A DNA stretch of 64,000 nucleotides from Novakomyces olei (Eukaryota), in NCBI GenBank assembly GCA_016906335.1, contig JADEYG010000003.1:1178001-1242000 (forward strand). Reading direction: 5' to 3'. Both the position numbers and the translations under genes were made by a program. This document shows, in pieces, positions 1 through 12,759 of this stretch (positions are counted from its first letter, which is position 1; each line of letters starts with the position of its first letter). The notes below the pieces were generated by a model that was not told where the DNA came from, did not search any database, and was given only the letters and a program-made list of their open reading frames with translations.

Positions 1-1479
1 GTCACGCACTTTCATGATGCTAGCAACGTTACCGCATCGATAACAATAATTGGGTGCACTCCACACTGTAACCAAACTTTCATCCTGGAAATGATATTTA
101 AATCCTTCTTGTACAAGTTGATGAGCACGCGCAATCAATTGCAGGCCGTTTAAATGATTGAACTATAATTAGCACGCTAAAATAAAAGATAGCGAGATTA
201 AACGAGGAAAAGGAGGCCGAAATAAACGGAAAAAGGGACTAGATTTCTTTGGAAATATCGGGCGTCGAGCTTAATATATATAACAGGAAAGACGAGCTAC
301 GGCGTCAATACTTCATGAAGCCGAGCCACGCGCTCTGAAACAAAAGACGCAAAGACCTCTGGAGCCTATGACTAGCGCCGTGTACAATAAGAGTACTTAT
401 TCCCATCATAATGAACAAGAATCATTATGAAAAGCAAAACATAACATGACTTTAGAAACTATCTTACCTCTGAGGTCACTTTGGCGCCAAAAAGCCATCC
501 AGCACCGCGGGGGGATACAGCCCAAGCATCGACCTCTGTAAAATTTAGATTGCAATCGAACAGTTAAAATGTCCCTACCTTCAGGATCTGACCACATTAA
601 ATCACAAAAAGCTCCTTCATGAGGAATCTCCTGAGCTCGTGCAAGTATTCGAATTTGATCGAGTGTTCGCACTTCAGGGCTCAGCCCACCGTGCACACAC
701 AAAATCTTGCCGTCTATGACAGCGGCTAATGTTAGAAAGTCAAATACTTGGCAGCAGTATTTCCAGACATTAGCATTCCCATATTTCTGCTGGCATTCGT
801 CGTAGAAACCGTAGACTTGTGTTATCTGCCGTGACTCGTGATTTCCACGTAACAGTGTAACTTTATCCGGGTACCTTTGGGTAAGGACAAGAATTTGGGA
901 AAAAGAAGAGGTAGCCTCAAGAAGCACAGAGACAAAAGCGTAGCAGACGGAATGGCTGATTAAATGCAAAGTTCAAGACAGCTTGAGAATGCAAACCGAC
1001 AGAAATATCGAGCCACCGATGAGACAGAGGAGGCAGAATCATCAAATAGAAAAAGACTTGTTAAATAACGATGAATTACTTTGCTTTTAGGCACATCAAA
1101 AGCGTAAAAGTCTCGAGACTAAAGTATCCCCGGTCCACAAAATCACCCTATTTTGTAAGCAGCCGTAAAAACAGCCTTTATTTCTCACCATGAATATATA
1201 ATTTGTATCGGGAACTTCGCCGCCAACTCGAAATAGCTCAAGCAGATCGTAAAACTGGCCGTGTATATCACCAGCAACTGAAACGGGGGACGAAACAGGT
1301 TGGATATTGGACTCCTCCTGTACAAATTAAAGTGTAAGTCGATCAAATTGGCGAGGTTGTACTGTTCTCCTCACCATCAAAATATCCTTGACCATCTCAC
1401 ACAAACGCTTCAGATCAGACTCGAGGAGGTGATTGCACCCGCGCACAATGTCGAGCCACTCGTCGGGTCCTCCACCCAT
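1..1479 (-). CDS. SIT4: PP6-type Ser/Thr phosphatase catalytic subunit (Sit4/Ppe1), multi-exon, 3' end outside window
   Basis: ATG at 1479 gives [46 protein letters not shown] motifs [44 protein letters not shown] and [14 protein letters not shown] fit PP6. GT-AG introns keep frame. Confidence 0.9.
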
Positions 1480-2094
1480 GCTTGTGACGCTGACGCTGTA
1501 CGCGAACTAACGAGCTTTTGCTTTGTTTTGCTTTGTTCTATTTAATTTAATTTAATTTCTTTCCTCCCGCTCGATCGCAAATGCCGCGTAAGTTGCAAAT
1601 GATATATTAGTCAGTAATAGCAGACGAGTAATAAGCGTGAATAGAAATAAAAGGTATAAGAATAGTGTCTGACTCTGGTTTTAAAAAAATCAAAACAATA
1701 ATTCAAACAATAATTCAAGCAGTAATAAACAATAATTAAAACAATAATAGAAAAATAAATAAACAATAATAAAAAATAGATAAAACAATGGTAATATACA
1801 GCTGAATAATGCGTGTAGTATAGCAATTTTATTTGTTTAAATGTCTCTGTGCGCGGTTTGGATTATACTGAATTTTTAACTCATTCAGAGACTAAATACT
1901 AAATAATTTATAGAGGCAATCTTTCTCTGCACCTTCGTGACCTAATGCGTTAATATAGCAAGGCTTTGTCCAGGCGAGGCAAGTCGTTAGTTTAGCGGCG
2001 ATTTTCAGGAGACTTACCGCACTATTCATCGACCCTGAAATCGAGTCCTCACCCATACCCGCGAGAAGTCTGGGACACATGTTGCTCAAAAGAT

Positions 2095-3513
2095 ATGAGT
2101 GAAAAGCCCAAGACCAAACCAGCCAGGCTTAAAGTGGTGGTACGTGGACTGCCGGCCACCATACCAGAGTCCGTATTTTGGGAATCTGTAGGACCGTGGA
2201 TCAATGAGCAAACTGTGGACTGGATGTTTTTTTTCCCGGGGAAAAAGGCGAAATTGTACGACTGACCTTTTACCTCACTATTTACTAAACAGTAGAAATG
2301 GGAAACGCGATATTAATGCTCGTGCCTATGCGCGGTTCCGTTCAGCTCGGCATTTAGCCGCTTTTTTTGTCGGCTTTGATGGACACGTTTATGTGGACAA
2401 GAACAGTACGTTACATTTTTTTTTGATCTGATGCAATTATATTGTGTTCTCTGTATAGTTCGGTTTAGTGCTTGGGTCCGCTAATTACAATCGTTTTGCT
2501 TGTCGATGCAGGCAGAGAGAGTTTTATTATATTTGCTGTTGGCATTGCAATTTTTGGCTCAAATTACCATTTTTCCCGTTGTTTATGACCAGCTAATTGC
2601 CATTTCACTGCTATTCCAATGCCGACTTTTAATCTTTCCCAACTTTTAAGCTCTATTACTGGTCTCTACGCTGTTCTGTACACTGACGTTATCAGATCGC
2701 GAGTACAAAAGCCGTGTGGAATATGCACCCTCTCAGCGAGTGCCAAACATGGCTCGTGCGCGGCATGATCCACGCCAAGGGACGTTAGAGTCGGACCCAG
2801 AGTTTCTAAAGTTTGTGGAAAACATTGCAAATCCGCCGCCCTTACAAGTTGATGAAGAAGAGGAGACGACGGATGTGACAAACACACCTTTAATTGCATA
2901 CTTGCGCAATAAAGCTGGCGGACGAAAGTCGGGAAAGAAATCTTTGAAAAAGAAAGCGGACGCAAAGCTTCCTGTTGCTTCAGAGGACGATTCAGGAAAG
3001 CAGAAGCGAAAGCGACGGGGCAAGGACAAGCACAAGGAAGTAGGCAAGAAACCGGATGAAAAAGAGTCTACAGAACCGCAAAAGCATTCGAAGCACAAGT
3101 CTAAAAAAGAGGCAAAGGAAAAGGCCAAGGCAAAGGCAAAAGATAGGGAAAGGGATAAGGAAGGGGATAAACCAGCGGCCAAGCCAGTCAAAGTCTTGAC
3201 GCCGGTACGTAATGGAGCAGAGAATGGAAGTCCTACAGAAGCAGGACAAGTACCGATTGTGCCGAAAGGGCCCAAGGCTAGTTTAAAGAAGCACGGCAAT
3301 GGTGAAGCTGGCGAGAGTCATGGACAAGCTTCAAGTGCGAAAAAGCCGAGGACAAGGCAGCCTCCTCGACCATCGGCAAAGCAGAATACTGCTGGTGGTA
3401 ACAATAGCGAGGGAGCCGAGGACGAGAAGCGTCGTGGACCGAGAAGGAGCCACCCACGACCGAAAAAGGCAGCCAATAACAGTTCAGCACCAACGGCGGC
3501 AGAGCCTTCCTGA
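2095..3513 (+). CDS. UPF3: Nonsense-mediated decay factor Upf3 (Smg-4/UPF3 RRM-like domain plus Lys-rich tail)
   Basis: MSEKPKTKPARLKVVVRGLP...ARAYARF...FDGHVYVDKN|NREYKSRVEYAPSQRVP...DPRQGTLESDPEFLKF. Introns about 2256-2292 and 2406-2695. Confidence 0.85.
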
Positions 3514-3676
3514 TAATGAGAGTCAAAGAGCCATGGAAAATCAAATGGCCCTTTAATTGATTCGTTGATTCCTCTTTCAAGTCGTACAATATACACCATT
3601 GCTAATTGGATTTCGTCTTCAGTATGAGGAAAATTCTAAATTTCATTGGAATAATAGAAATGCATGACGGGTGGTT

Positions 3677-6600
3677 TCAAAACAAGCCTCGAGGTTTAGC
3701 TCGTTTGTTTGTTGAAGCGGCTGTACTTTTCCGGCTACGTGTGGGTGGATTATTCGTGTCGTCATCCGAGTCGTCGATGTCAATGATTTCGTCATCAACC
3801 GCCTCTTGTTTCTATATGAAGGCTCAGCCAAAGATCGATAGAGCAAATCCCAAACGGGACGGAAATGACGGAAAGAATGAGGGAGATAAAAGTAGGTTTG
3901 AGTTGAGATAATGAAATTAATTCAACATTAAATTAGAGAAAACGGCTAAATGTCTCAAGGATAAAATTCTATCTTACCACCTTTGTTTGCCTGGGTTTGC
4001 TGCGTGTGGCCGGTTTAGGCGGAGCAAAGGACAAGGGAATTTGCCGACCACTTGGCTTTGATCTAGAAGGCGCAGTTGCCGCTGGTCTGCAAAAAATTAG
4101 TAATATGGCCTTATGACCATAAATGATTTAAATATATAGAAATATCCGTGAATCTCAAGGTATTTCTATACTCTCTTTCTCCTCGCATATTTCTTAAATA
4201 TAGACATACGTATCAAAATTGTCATCGTTATCGTCGTTATCGTTATCGTCGTCGTCATCATCATCATCATTATCATTATCATCGTCATCGTCCTCGGCTT
4301 CTTCATCGACTCTCTGCTTTCCTCCACGGGTACGCTGGGTCAATTAGTTTTTTCTTATTCGCTTCTCAAAACTTACTGTAGAAGGTGCTCGCCTTGTAAC
4401 AGCTGCTGCTGCCCTCCCTCGAGAAGTTTTACTTGCTCTAGCAGAAACTGCCCCGCGGCCTTTTCCAGTTGAATTGGCTGTGCGTTTACTTCGGGCTGGA
4501 TGCCTTGTATCGTCGTCGTCGCCGATTGACCCATCTTTTTCCATTTCATCTGGCTCATCATTATCATCTTCACCGACCACACTTCGACTAGACCTCGTCT
4601 TGCGTACTTTTGTAGAGCGCGGAACCAAATCTTCGTCAGAACTGTCAAAATCCGCGTCTGGTTGCACTTTTCTCTTGGATTTTCCCGAAGGTGCTTGATC
4701 TTCCTATACAATTATGTTAAAACCACCTAAAACGAAGAGCAAGGTTTGAAGAGTAAAACATTAAAAATACAATGGCAAAGATGCAGATAAAGATAAAATT
4801 CAATAATTTATTTGCTTTGTGATCATTGTTTGTGATTCGTAGTTGTGATGATTGTTTTGTCTAGTTTTCATACCTTGCTGGTGCCTCGTACAAATTCGTT
4901 GCTGTCGTCTTCTCCGTTCAAAGCAAGATCGCGCTCTTTCTGTAAAGATTTTTCTATATGCTCCTGTATGTCTTCCTCGGTAGCGTTCTCTCGAATAAGA
5001 AATTTGACCTGGGAGCTCAAATGCTTGTTGACGAAACTTTGCAATAGTGAGTAATGCAATTAAAATATGCTATCACTTTAAAATAAAAATAATAGCAATT
5101 TAAACAAATAATAAATAATAAATAATAAATAATAAATAATAAATAATAAATAATAAATAATAAATAATAAATAATAAATAATAAATAAATAGAGACTTAC
5201 TCTTTAACGGCATCACGGTCGTCCTTTTCAACAAATTGTGTGATTGCGTTTGCAAGTTTACGTTCAGGTAGAAATTGCAAATGTTGACTCTCAAGAAATT
5301 CGGAGACTAGCGTTTCGATTTTTACGTCGCTTTGTTCAAGTTCTTGTCCCAATGCAACTGCGGCCGGTTCGTTATCAGGCCCTCCCAAACCTATAATATT
5401 AACATCTCTTCTTGCAAACAATATATGCAGAAAATGAATAAAAAGAAAGTAAGTACGTTTTGCTTGTCGCTTTATATAAAATTGTACAATATCATGTGCA
5501 TTTCCCACTCGTCCCATGAAACGATGTGAGAACCTTTGTGGGTTCTCTACTTGAAATCCACCAGAATACTCTACACGTAACCTTATTAGCGGCAACGGGG
5601 GTACTGAACTTTCTGGTATCCCTTCCTGTCTATCTCGCCACTGAGCATTGGCTTCCTCGACTGCTTCTTCCACTCTTTCTAACAAATACTCTAGGACAGG
5701 ACCCCTGTTATCCCTCTGTGCAAGCGTTCGCAGCTGCGGTACGTTCTTAAGCACAATTTCCTTCATGACAAAAGGGCGAACTGTTTTTAATGGTATTGGA
5801 GTCACATTGAATTCTTTGCCATTTACGGTCAAAACAGCCACACGTCTATATAATACATATTAGAACTGCTTTGAAATACGATAGGGAAAGAAAAGAAAAA
5901 GGTGATGAGCAGCTCACTTTTCCACAGCCTCACCAGGACAAAGAGAAGTTGCCACTGAAGACCCTGGTTGAATAACATGGAATTTCTGTTCCGGATTTAG
6001 GCGAGGTTTTATTAGACACTCATGCTCGTGACCCCACAAGACAACGTCAAAGAAGGATGGAATAAAACTTTCTGGTAAATGACCGGTAGCACTATGCGCG
6101 GCGCTAGATTCGATCAGATGAAGTTCAAATTAAAACGAACGGTAATTGAAAATTATTTTATAGTCTTACTGATTCTGATGTACAGCGATTAGATTGAACC
6201 ACTCCTCCTGATAAAGTGTTGGGCGCATGAATCGGACTTGATGATTCTTGAACGAGCGAAACAACCGTTCGTCTCGACAATTGGACATACCATACAAAGC
6301 CAATTTAGTGTCGCCTTTTTGTAAAAGAATAGGATTAATGCAAATATCATCGTTCTCCGGAACACGACCAAAGTAGTTGAGCAAACCAGAAACCTGCAGT
6401 ACATCAAGTGCACTGATGCGTCCATCGCCTGTAGGGTCATCATGGTTTCCGTTGATTGAAAAAACGGGAATAGAAACATTAATATCCGGGTCCTCGTAAT
6501 TGATATGACACAGAGTGCTTTGCGATTAGTGACGAGGACATTATACAGTCAACATACGTATCGCCCATCGAGACAGACTGGTCACTTAATACTTGGAGCG

Positions 6601-7120
6601 CACAAGGCCGGTCACCTAAACAGTGCGATCTTAAAGACTTCAAGACCTGGTAAAATGACATGCGCGATGGCTTATTGTCGTGGAACAGATCACCGCCCAA
6701 TAAAACCATATCCACCTTTAACGCGTTAGATTTTAGAGAGAAAAAAGAGCAAGCGTAGATTTGTATCCACAATTCTGTCAACCATAATCGATCAAACGGT
6801 AAATTCAACGTATACTCGTGCTCCCACAGAATAAATTATTGAAAAGTACAAATTAAACACAAAAGCACGATGAATAAAACTAATGTATATCACACCTCTT
6901 GTTCTTGAGCTATGGCCATGATTTCGTCAAAACTGCGAAAAGAGTCTTTGCCTCTAATCGCATCCTTCTCAGCGTAGCCAACGTGATTATCTGAAGCAAT
7001 CAGAATACGTATCGTCGAATCATTGTGTTCTTCCTCTGACTGTTGCTCGTCACGTTCTTCCAACAGGATTCTTCGTCCGCCAGTTTCACTTGAAGAAGCA
7101 GTTGCCCGTCTTGAAGGCAT
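3677..7120 (-). CDS. MRE11: Mre11/Rad32 double-strand break repair nuclease, multi-exon
   Basis: [59 protein letters not shown]. Acidic/basic tail ends KPRGLF* at 3677. Confidence 0.95.
5106..5190. repeat. (AAATAAT)n microsatellite in an MRE11 intron
   Basis: Direct reading. Confidence 0.9.
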
Positions 7121-7905
7121 TATTCGATTTTGCCTTTACCTCAGCACCGTTTTACAAACCAAGACTGCTATCGGCCAAACATTTTGAAAGTATCATGCAT
7201 ATCTCGTAAAATAATATAAATAAATGGCAATAATATATCTACGTGGATTGATTACACAGCCCACAGTAAAAATACATAGACAAAAAGAGGACGGGGCCCG
7301 TACGTTTTAAAAGTACGGAATAGGCTGTTTCTTTAAAAATAAACCAGATTTGTGCCTTTAACTGAAACATCGCATAAGGGTTAATATCCAGTATTTTAAG
7401 GTGATACTGCCTGAATTATATCCACGATTACGAGTATATTTTTGCCATTGAAAGCCGTTAAAACGGACGGCAAACCTACAAAATGCGCTTTATGTGAGTG
7501 TATTAGTTTTCGCGGCTCGCGGCTCACGGCTCTAATTCTAACCCTGACTACCCCTAACCATGGCACGTACTCTAAGCGTCGCGATACAATAAACTTAAAA
7601 TTAAGGTGTAAAACATATAATAGAGTATAAGCTTTCTGCCAATCTTTCAATACTTGTATTACATAATAAATTATATGAAATTAGTTTGACTTCAACAGCC
7701 GATATACCAGCATCAGTTTATCCTGTCTCACAAACCAGTCTTTGGTAAACCACAGTCCCAGCGAAATTGGGGTCACACTTCATATCATTATCGCAGTGGG
7801 GATCCAGGGTTCGTACGGACGTGGATCGCGATTTTTTGGCCTCTTAGCGGATAGGAATGCAGGCTTTGGCTATGGGTCTTAAATCACACAGTACTGGAAG
7901 CATTT

Positions 7906-10776
7906 ATGGCGCTTAGCCCTGTGGCAGGCCTCAACGGCAATTGCAACGAAAAGAGCACTGAACAGAGTCTCGTTAGCGAGGCACGTGTCTTGGAATGCGC
8001 AGAGTTGCATCGCAAAGAAGCATATTTTTACCTAGTTTCTACAGTACTTTGCGGACCAGCCGAGTTTGATGTGAAAAGGAGCGATAGCTGGAAGGACCGA
8101 ACTACTTTCCGCGACGCTTGGAGAGAATTGCACCAGGATCGTGAAAGATCGAAAAGAGAGACTCCGGGAGTGTCTGCCTCTTTAGCTGATCGCAAGCTTA
8201 TGTTTGGATTCCCTCCTAATTTTGGTTTACTGCGTAAAAACGATCGCACAAGCGTTTCAGCGACTCCGAGTGTGAGCAATAATTCACTTAGTCTACCTGC
8301 TTCATTGCCTAACGTCTCTACTGAAGCGGAGCAGCAACAGACACTTCAGACCTCTTCTATACTTCCCATCAGCCTACAAGAAAAAGGAGAAACAGCCAAA
8401 TTGAAAATTGCTTCGTTTGTATTCATGTTGCTGAGAAAGACGCTGAGTGTGAAGGATCGTCTCAAGCTCAGTCGGATTCTTGCTAATGATGCGGCTACCG
8501 TATCTCGGAAGCACGCTAATAGAAGCAGAAGAAAAATCAAGGACGATAGGGTTACGAATAACTCTATCAACAATCAGACGCCAATCACTCGTGGGAAAGC
8601 AGCTCAATGGCAGGAATACCAGCCATCGAGCTCGAGTCCCAATAAGCGACAAAAGATTAGTCATGCAAGAGAAAATGACATTGAAAGCAAAATGGCCAGT
8701 GAAGTCGGGGCAGATGAAGTAATAGAGATTGATGAAGATGACGAGGAAAAGGAAGAGGAAAAGGAAAAGGAAGAGGAGGAAATTGTACACGTATGCCACC
8801 CACGGAGATGTGGGCATTTTTCTGTTGAAATAAAAAACAATCAAGACCGTGTTCCTTTAACATACGTCAACAATGACAAACTCGTTCTCAATGTCAGAGC
8901 TTTCGAACGCTCTGTAGGCCAAATTGCTACAATGACGGAAATCTTGACTGCGGCACAGTCTGAATTGAGGAAAATAGAGTCACAGAGATCTAGATCGCCC
9001 TCATCTATCGAAGTGGAGGAAATTGAACCATTTATTTTTAGCAATTGCAAGAGGAGGTCGACGAGCCCAAAGAGGACGGTCTTCAAGAACAAGACTCCCA
9101 CATACGAAGACGATGATGTGGAAATAATTGGCTGGAGCTCTTCGAAGATTTCTAACCAGGACGATAAAGACAAGGACATGTTTGATATCTGCGGTAAAAA
9201 GAAAAGGAAAGGGAAATTACAGGAGAAAGAGAAGGAAAAGGGGAAGAGGAAAGAAAAAGAAGATATTTACTCTGAAGAAGAGGATGATTGTTCGGAAATA
9301 GAGGATATTTTTGAAGGAATTCCTTTACCCGAGTCTGACAAGGACGCAGACTATGTAGATGAGCCAGACGCTCGGATTCAATCAGACTCCGAATCGCCAT
9401 ACATGGATAGTGCGGATGAAGCAGAGCAAACTGTCGACGATACCTTAAGACGATCAGAGGTTCGGAAATTACGGACGAGGAATACACGGTCAAGCGCTCA
9501 AAAAGGTGCGGGATTAGACGATTCAGCCGGTGGAGTCTCTAATATGAATATAGTTGAGCCAAGGTCTTGGACTCCGAGGCAAAAGGGGCATAAAAAGGGC
9601 TCTAAAGCTGTCGCAAAACGGAGTCGGAGAAAATCATCGGGTGAACAAGATTCTGCAAATTCTAAAGGCGTTTCGGTTGCTCAAGCCAGTGATGAAAATG
9701 GCCCAAAAAGTTCTTTTGTTACCTTGGAAGACCTTTCCTTTCGGCCGTCCAGAAAAGCCAAGTCTAGTAGGGGCCAATCCAAAATGCAAACCGGTGATTC
9801 GGCGAATGACAATAGTCCTCTTTTACGGCACGACGATACAGATTTGAATTTCATTGACCTTTTCAATAAAACAGTGGTTGCGGAAGACAATAGAGGTGAG
9901 GCTGTTGTCAAGGTTTATGAGCAATCTATGGGCCCTCATCAACGTCATACGGAAAAAACTTCATCGTCGTCGGGGAATAGTAATAATAATAACAGAGAGA
10001 ACAATAATAGGCGCCGACGCGAAGAATCGCCAGTGGGCCCAGGACCCTCTATGGATCACCATGTCCAGGAATATGCCACGGATGGAGAAACAGCTGCTCC
10101 GCCGCTAAACCTTGATTCGTTCTTCCGAAACTTGGAGGCCGGTGACTTTGGTGCTTCGTTTGACTTGGAAGACGATACGCTTGAAATACCAGCTGAGGCA
10201 TTTGATCAGCTGTGCAGTATCCCTGAATTAAACATTGAAGATGCAACCCGGGAAGAGCAAATGTTTGAAAATTTAAGCCAGTCCTTTTTACAGTGCGAGG
10301 AGGAAAGTTTGCAAGACGGATCGCTGCGCGGCCTGCCAGAGGAAGGAGAGATAACGAACGACACGAGCCTTCTTGCCCCCCCTAATAAGGGGACCGAAAT
10401 TAGAAAGCAAGCGCTTGACTCTCAACAGGGATTGGATATAAGCCCTAACGGCAATGACGGCGCAGTGAATGGAGATAAAGGCTCTCAGGCACCATTACAA
10501 AACAACAGCGCGCTGTTGGCGAAAAAACTTGTTCGGGCTTCGAGTCTTCAGCAAATGAACCGTGCTGGCACTCCTTTAGACCCATTTAACGATGTAAATG
10601 GCGCAAATGTTCTACCATCTGGCCTCGATAACGCTGCTGCTGAGCCGAATGGCGTTTTGGATGATCTTTTCGGTGAGGATGGTGAAACTGTAGGGGAGAA
10701 AAGTCTCAAGGGGTTAATGGATGATAATTCGTGGGATATCAGATCAGAAGTTCAGCGTATTGCTGTGACTATGTGA
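7906..10776 (+). CDS. Uncharacterised 956-aa, largely disordered acidic/basic protein
   Basis: Uninterrupted 2.87-kb ORF with E/D/K/S-rich tracts and NLS-like KKKRK and KRSRRK. No family recognised. Confidence 0.8.
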   Translation: MALSPVAGLNGNCNEKSTEQSLVSEARVLECAELHRKEAYFYLVSTVLCGPAEFDVKRSDSWKDRTTFRDAWRELHQDRERSKRETPGVSASLADRKLMFGFPPNFGLLRKNDRTSVSATPSVSNNSLSLPASLPNVSTEAEQQQTLQTSSILPISLQEKGETAKLKIASFVFMLLRKTLSVKDRLKLSRILANDAATVSRKHANRSRRKIKDDRVTNNSINNQTPITRGKAAQWQEYQPSSSSPNKRQKISHARENDIESKMASEVGADEVIEIDEDDEEKEEEKEKEEEEIVHVCHPRRCGHFSVEIKNNQDRVPLTYVNNDKLVLNVRAFERSVGQIATMTEILTAAQSELRKIESQRSRSPSSIEVEEIEPFIFSNCKRRSTSPKRTVFKNKTPTYEDDDVEIIGWSSSKISNQDDKDKDMFDICGKKKRKGKLQEKEKEKGKRKEKEDIYSEEEDDCSEIEDIFEGIPLPESDKDADYVDEPDARIQSDSESPYMDSADEAEQTVDDTLRRSEVRKLRTRNTRSSAQKGAGLDDSAGGVSNMNIVEPRSWTPRQKGHKKGSKAVAKRSRRKSSGEQDSANSKGVSVAQASDENGPKSSFVTLEDLSFRPSRKAKSSRGQSKMQTGDSANDNSPLLRHDDTDLNFIDLFNKTVVAEDNRGEAVVKVYEQSMGPHQRHTEKTSSSSGNSNNNNRENNNRRRREESPVGPGPSMDHHVQEYATDGETAAPPLNLDSFFRNLEAGDFGASFDLEDDTLEIPAEAFDQLCSIPELNIEDATREEQMFENLSQSFLQCEEESLQDGSLRGLPEEGEITNDTSLLAPPNKGTEIRKQALDSQQGLDISPNGNDGAVNGDKGSQAPLQNNSALLAKKLVRASSLQQMNRAGTPLDPFNDVNGANVLPSGLDNAAAEPNGVLDDLFGEDGETVGEKSLKGLMDDNSWDIRSEVQRIAVTM

Positions 10777-10854
10777 TAATTCTATACTAAATGTTTAGCG
10801 TATACTTGAATGTGTGGCTACAATTTTGAACAGGAGCTCATTGAATCAAGAATT

Positions 10855-10910
10855 AATATAAAATATAAATATAAATATAAATATAAATATAAATATAAAT
10901 ATAAATATAA
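10855..10910. repeat. (ATAAAT)n microsatellite, intergenic
   Basis: Direct reading. Confidence 0.9.
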
Positions 10911-10963
10911 GTAGGTACGCCAACTATGACGACACTGCCGAATGAACCGAAACTGCCGGCATC

Positions 10964-12759
10964 ATGAAGGGGTTGGGGACGTCTTTGCTTAATGCAATTG
11001 ATCTTTTAATACAATTATGTTTTGTGTGGGCCTTGATGGCAATTGATGGTTCGTTACTTGAATATTGTTCTAATCGCCCAAAGTGTTCGAGTACTGTTTT
11101 CAATGGAGGGAAAGGCCGTCAGAATGGCGAGTATGGAGTTTCCCCATGTTTTTAGAGGTTACTTTTCTGCGCGAGCTTATGAACCCAAGAATTGTCCTGC
11201 GCAAACGTACGGTTGAGCAAGTGCGTCGGCTTACAGACATTGAGCTTCCCTTTGAGCCGTACGATCATATTTGTCGCACTGCGATGCACTTGGACGCAAA
11301 GGCACGGAGGCAAATTGCCCAATATTTTAATGAGGCAGCAATGCCTCTTTGTACTGGAAGCATCGATGAAAAGGCAGTCGAATCAGTTTCCGGGGAATGG
11401 GACGCTTCACGGACGCGAGAATTTGTGCGAGCAAAAACGCCAGCGGCCGAGTATGAAAATATGCGCGCCGATTCTGGCAGCGATACTGTAATTTTGTACT
11501 TGCATGGTGGTAAGCGGGCCGGTAGTTGTGGCTTGATGGTCTTTTTGTTCTTTGTTACAAATGTTTTCGTGCTTTGCTTTTGCGCATGTTTCTTTTCTAT
11601 TGGTTCCACAAGTGTATTGCTCTTTACAACTCTACGCTTATTGCTCAATTGTCCAAGTTTTAAAGCTCCATCATTCAACATATTTCATGACTCTACGTTG
11701 CTGATTCTGATACAGGTGGCTACTTCCTTGGGTATGTTTGCCTGCCTGAATTCCGGCTTATAATCCAGTGACCCAGCAACGCATCGTCGATCGGTAACTA
11801 AGCTGACTCGGCTCGCAAACAATTGTGCTTTCAGTATACGCTACCGCCGTGCTCCCGAGTGTCCTTTTGTATGAATTTTGGCTTCTAAACGTCCTTACTT
11901 TTAGCCGTGCTCTTTAATTGATGCGCTAGCAGCTTATTATGCGCTATTGCATCCGTCGAGCAAAGATTTACATGATCCGTTCCTCCCATCGCAGATCATA
12001 ATTGCTGGAGACTCTGCAGGGGTATGGCGACCTTAGCTATCTAAGCAACTTGTTTGGAATTTCCTATTCCTATTTGTATTTATTATTATTGCTTTTATTC
12101 ATTATTTTGTTCTTCAAATGCAGTACTGATTATGACAGGGCGGCATTGCCTGCTCTCTGATTCAGCTTTTGCTAAATCAATCAACGCTTCCTCTTCCTGG
12201 AGGTGCCATACTATTTTCTCCCTGGATTGATTTGTGTGCCGTGTTCCCGTCTGCAAAGAAATGCACACAAGACTACTTGGGCCCTACTACAGAGTACACT
12301 CAAGCTTACAGCACAAGTCCACTTTGGCAAGGGCGGCATGTGCATTTTTATACAGAAAATTCTAAAGTGCAAAACTGCCTAGTTTCGCCTGTGCTTGCCC
12401 GATCTTGGCGGGGATCGCCTCCTACTCTAATCGTTACGGGCGAGGCGGAAAGGCTGAGGGACGAAAATCGGTTCTTGTGTGAACAAATGATGGCAAATGG
12501 TGTCCCTGTACAATACGCAGAAGTTGAGGCTATGCCTCACGTTGTGCCAATGTTCCATGGGCCTGCTGTAAATAGCGCGATGCAACTCGTTTCCGAGTTT
12601 TGTAGTCGATACACTAAAGACTGGAATTTACCTACCAAAAGGCTCTATATACATTTTGATGGGTCCGTCTCTGATATTAATCAGGTAGACCGTCGCACTG
12701 GTTGGCTTCCGGAACAAGTGATGGAGCAGTACACGCGGTTTTTTAATGCGGTCAAATAG
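10964..12759 (+). CDS. Alpha/beta hydrolase, HSL/GDXG esterase family
   Basis: Spliced product has ILYLHGG|GYFL, YRRAPECPF|PCSLIDA, IIIAGDSAG|GG, ILFSPWIDL, GEAERLRDE, MPHV. Includes a 16-nt micro-exon near 11716-11731. Confidence 0.85.

Noticed and set aside
2538..2557. U4 snRNA/Sm-site-like GGCATTGCAATTTTTGG
   Set aside because: No U6-pairing region or 5' stem-loop of U4; a short AT-rich match.
6440..6470. MRE11 motif reads SINGNHDD rather than SIHGNHDD
   Set aside because: That position varies among orthologues and the catalytic GNHD is intact.
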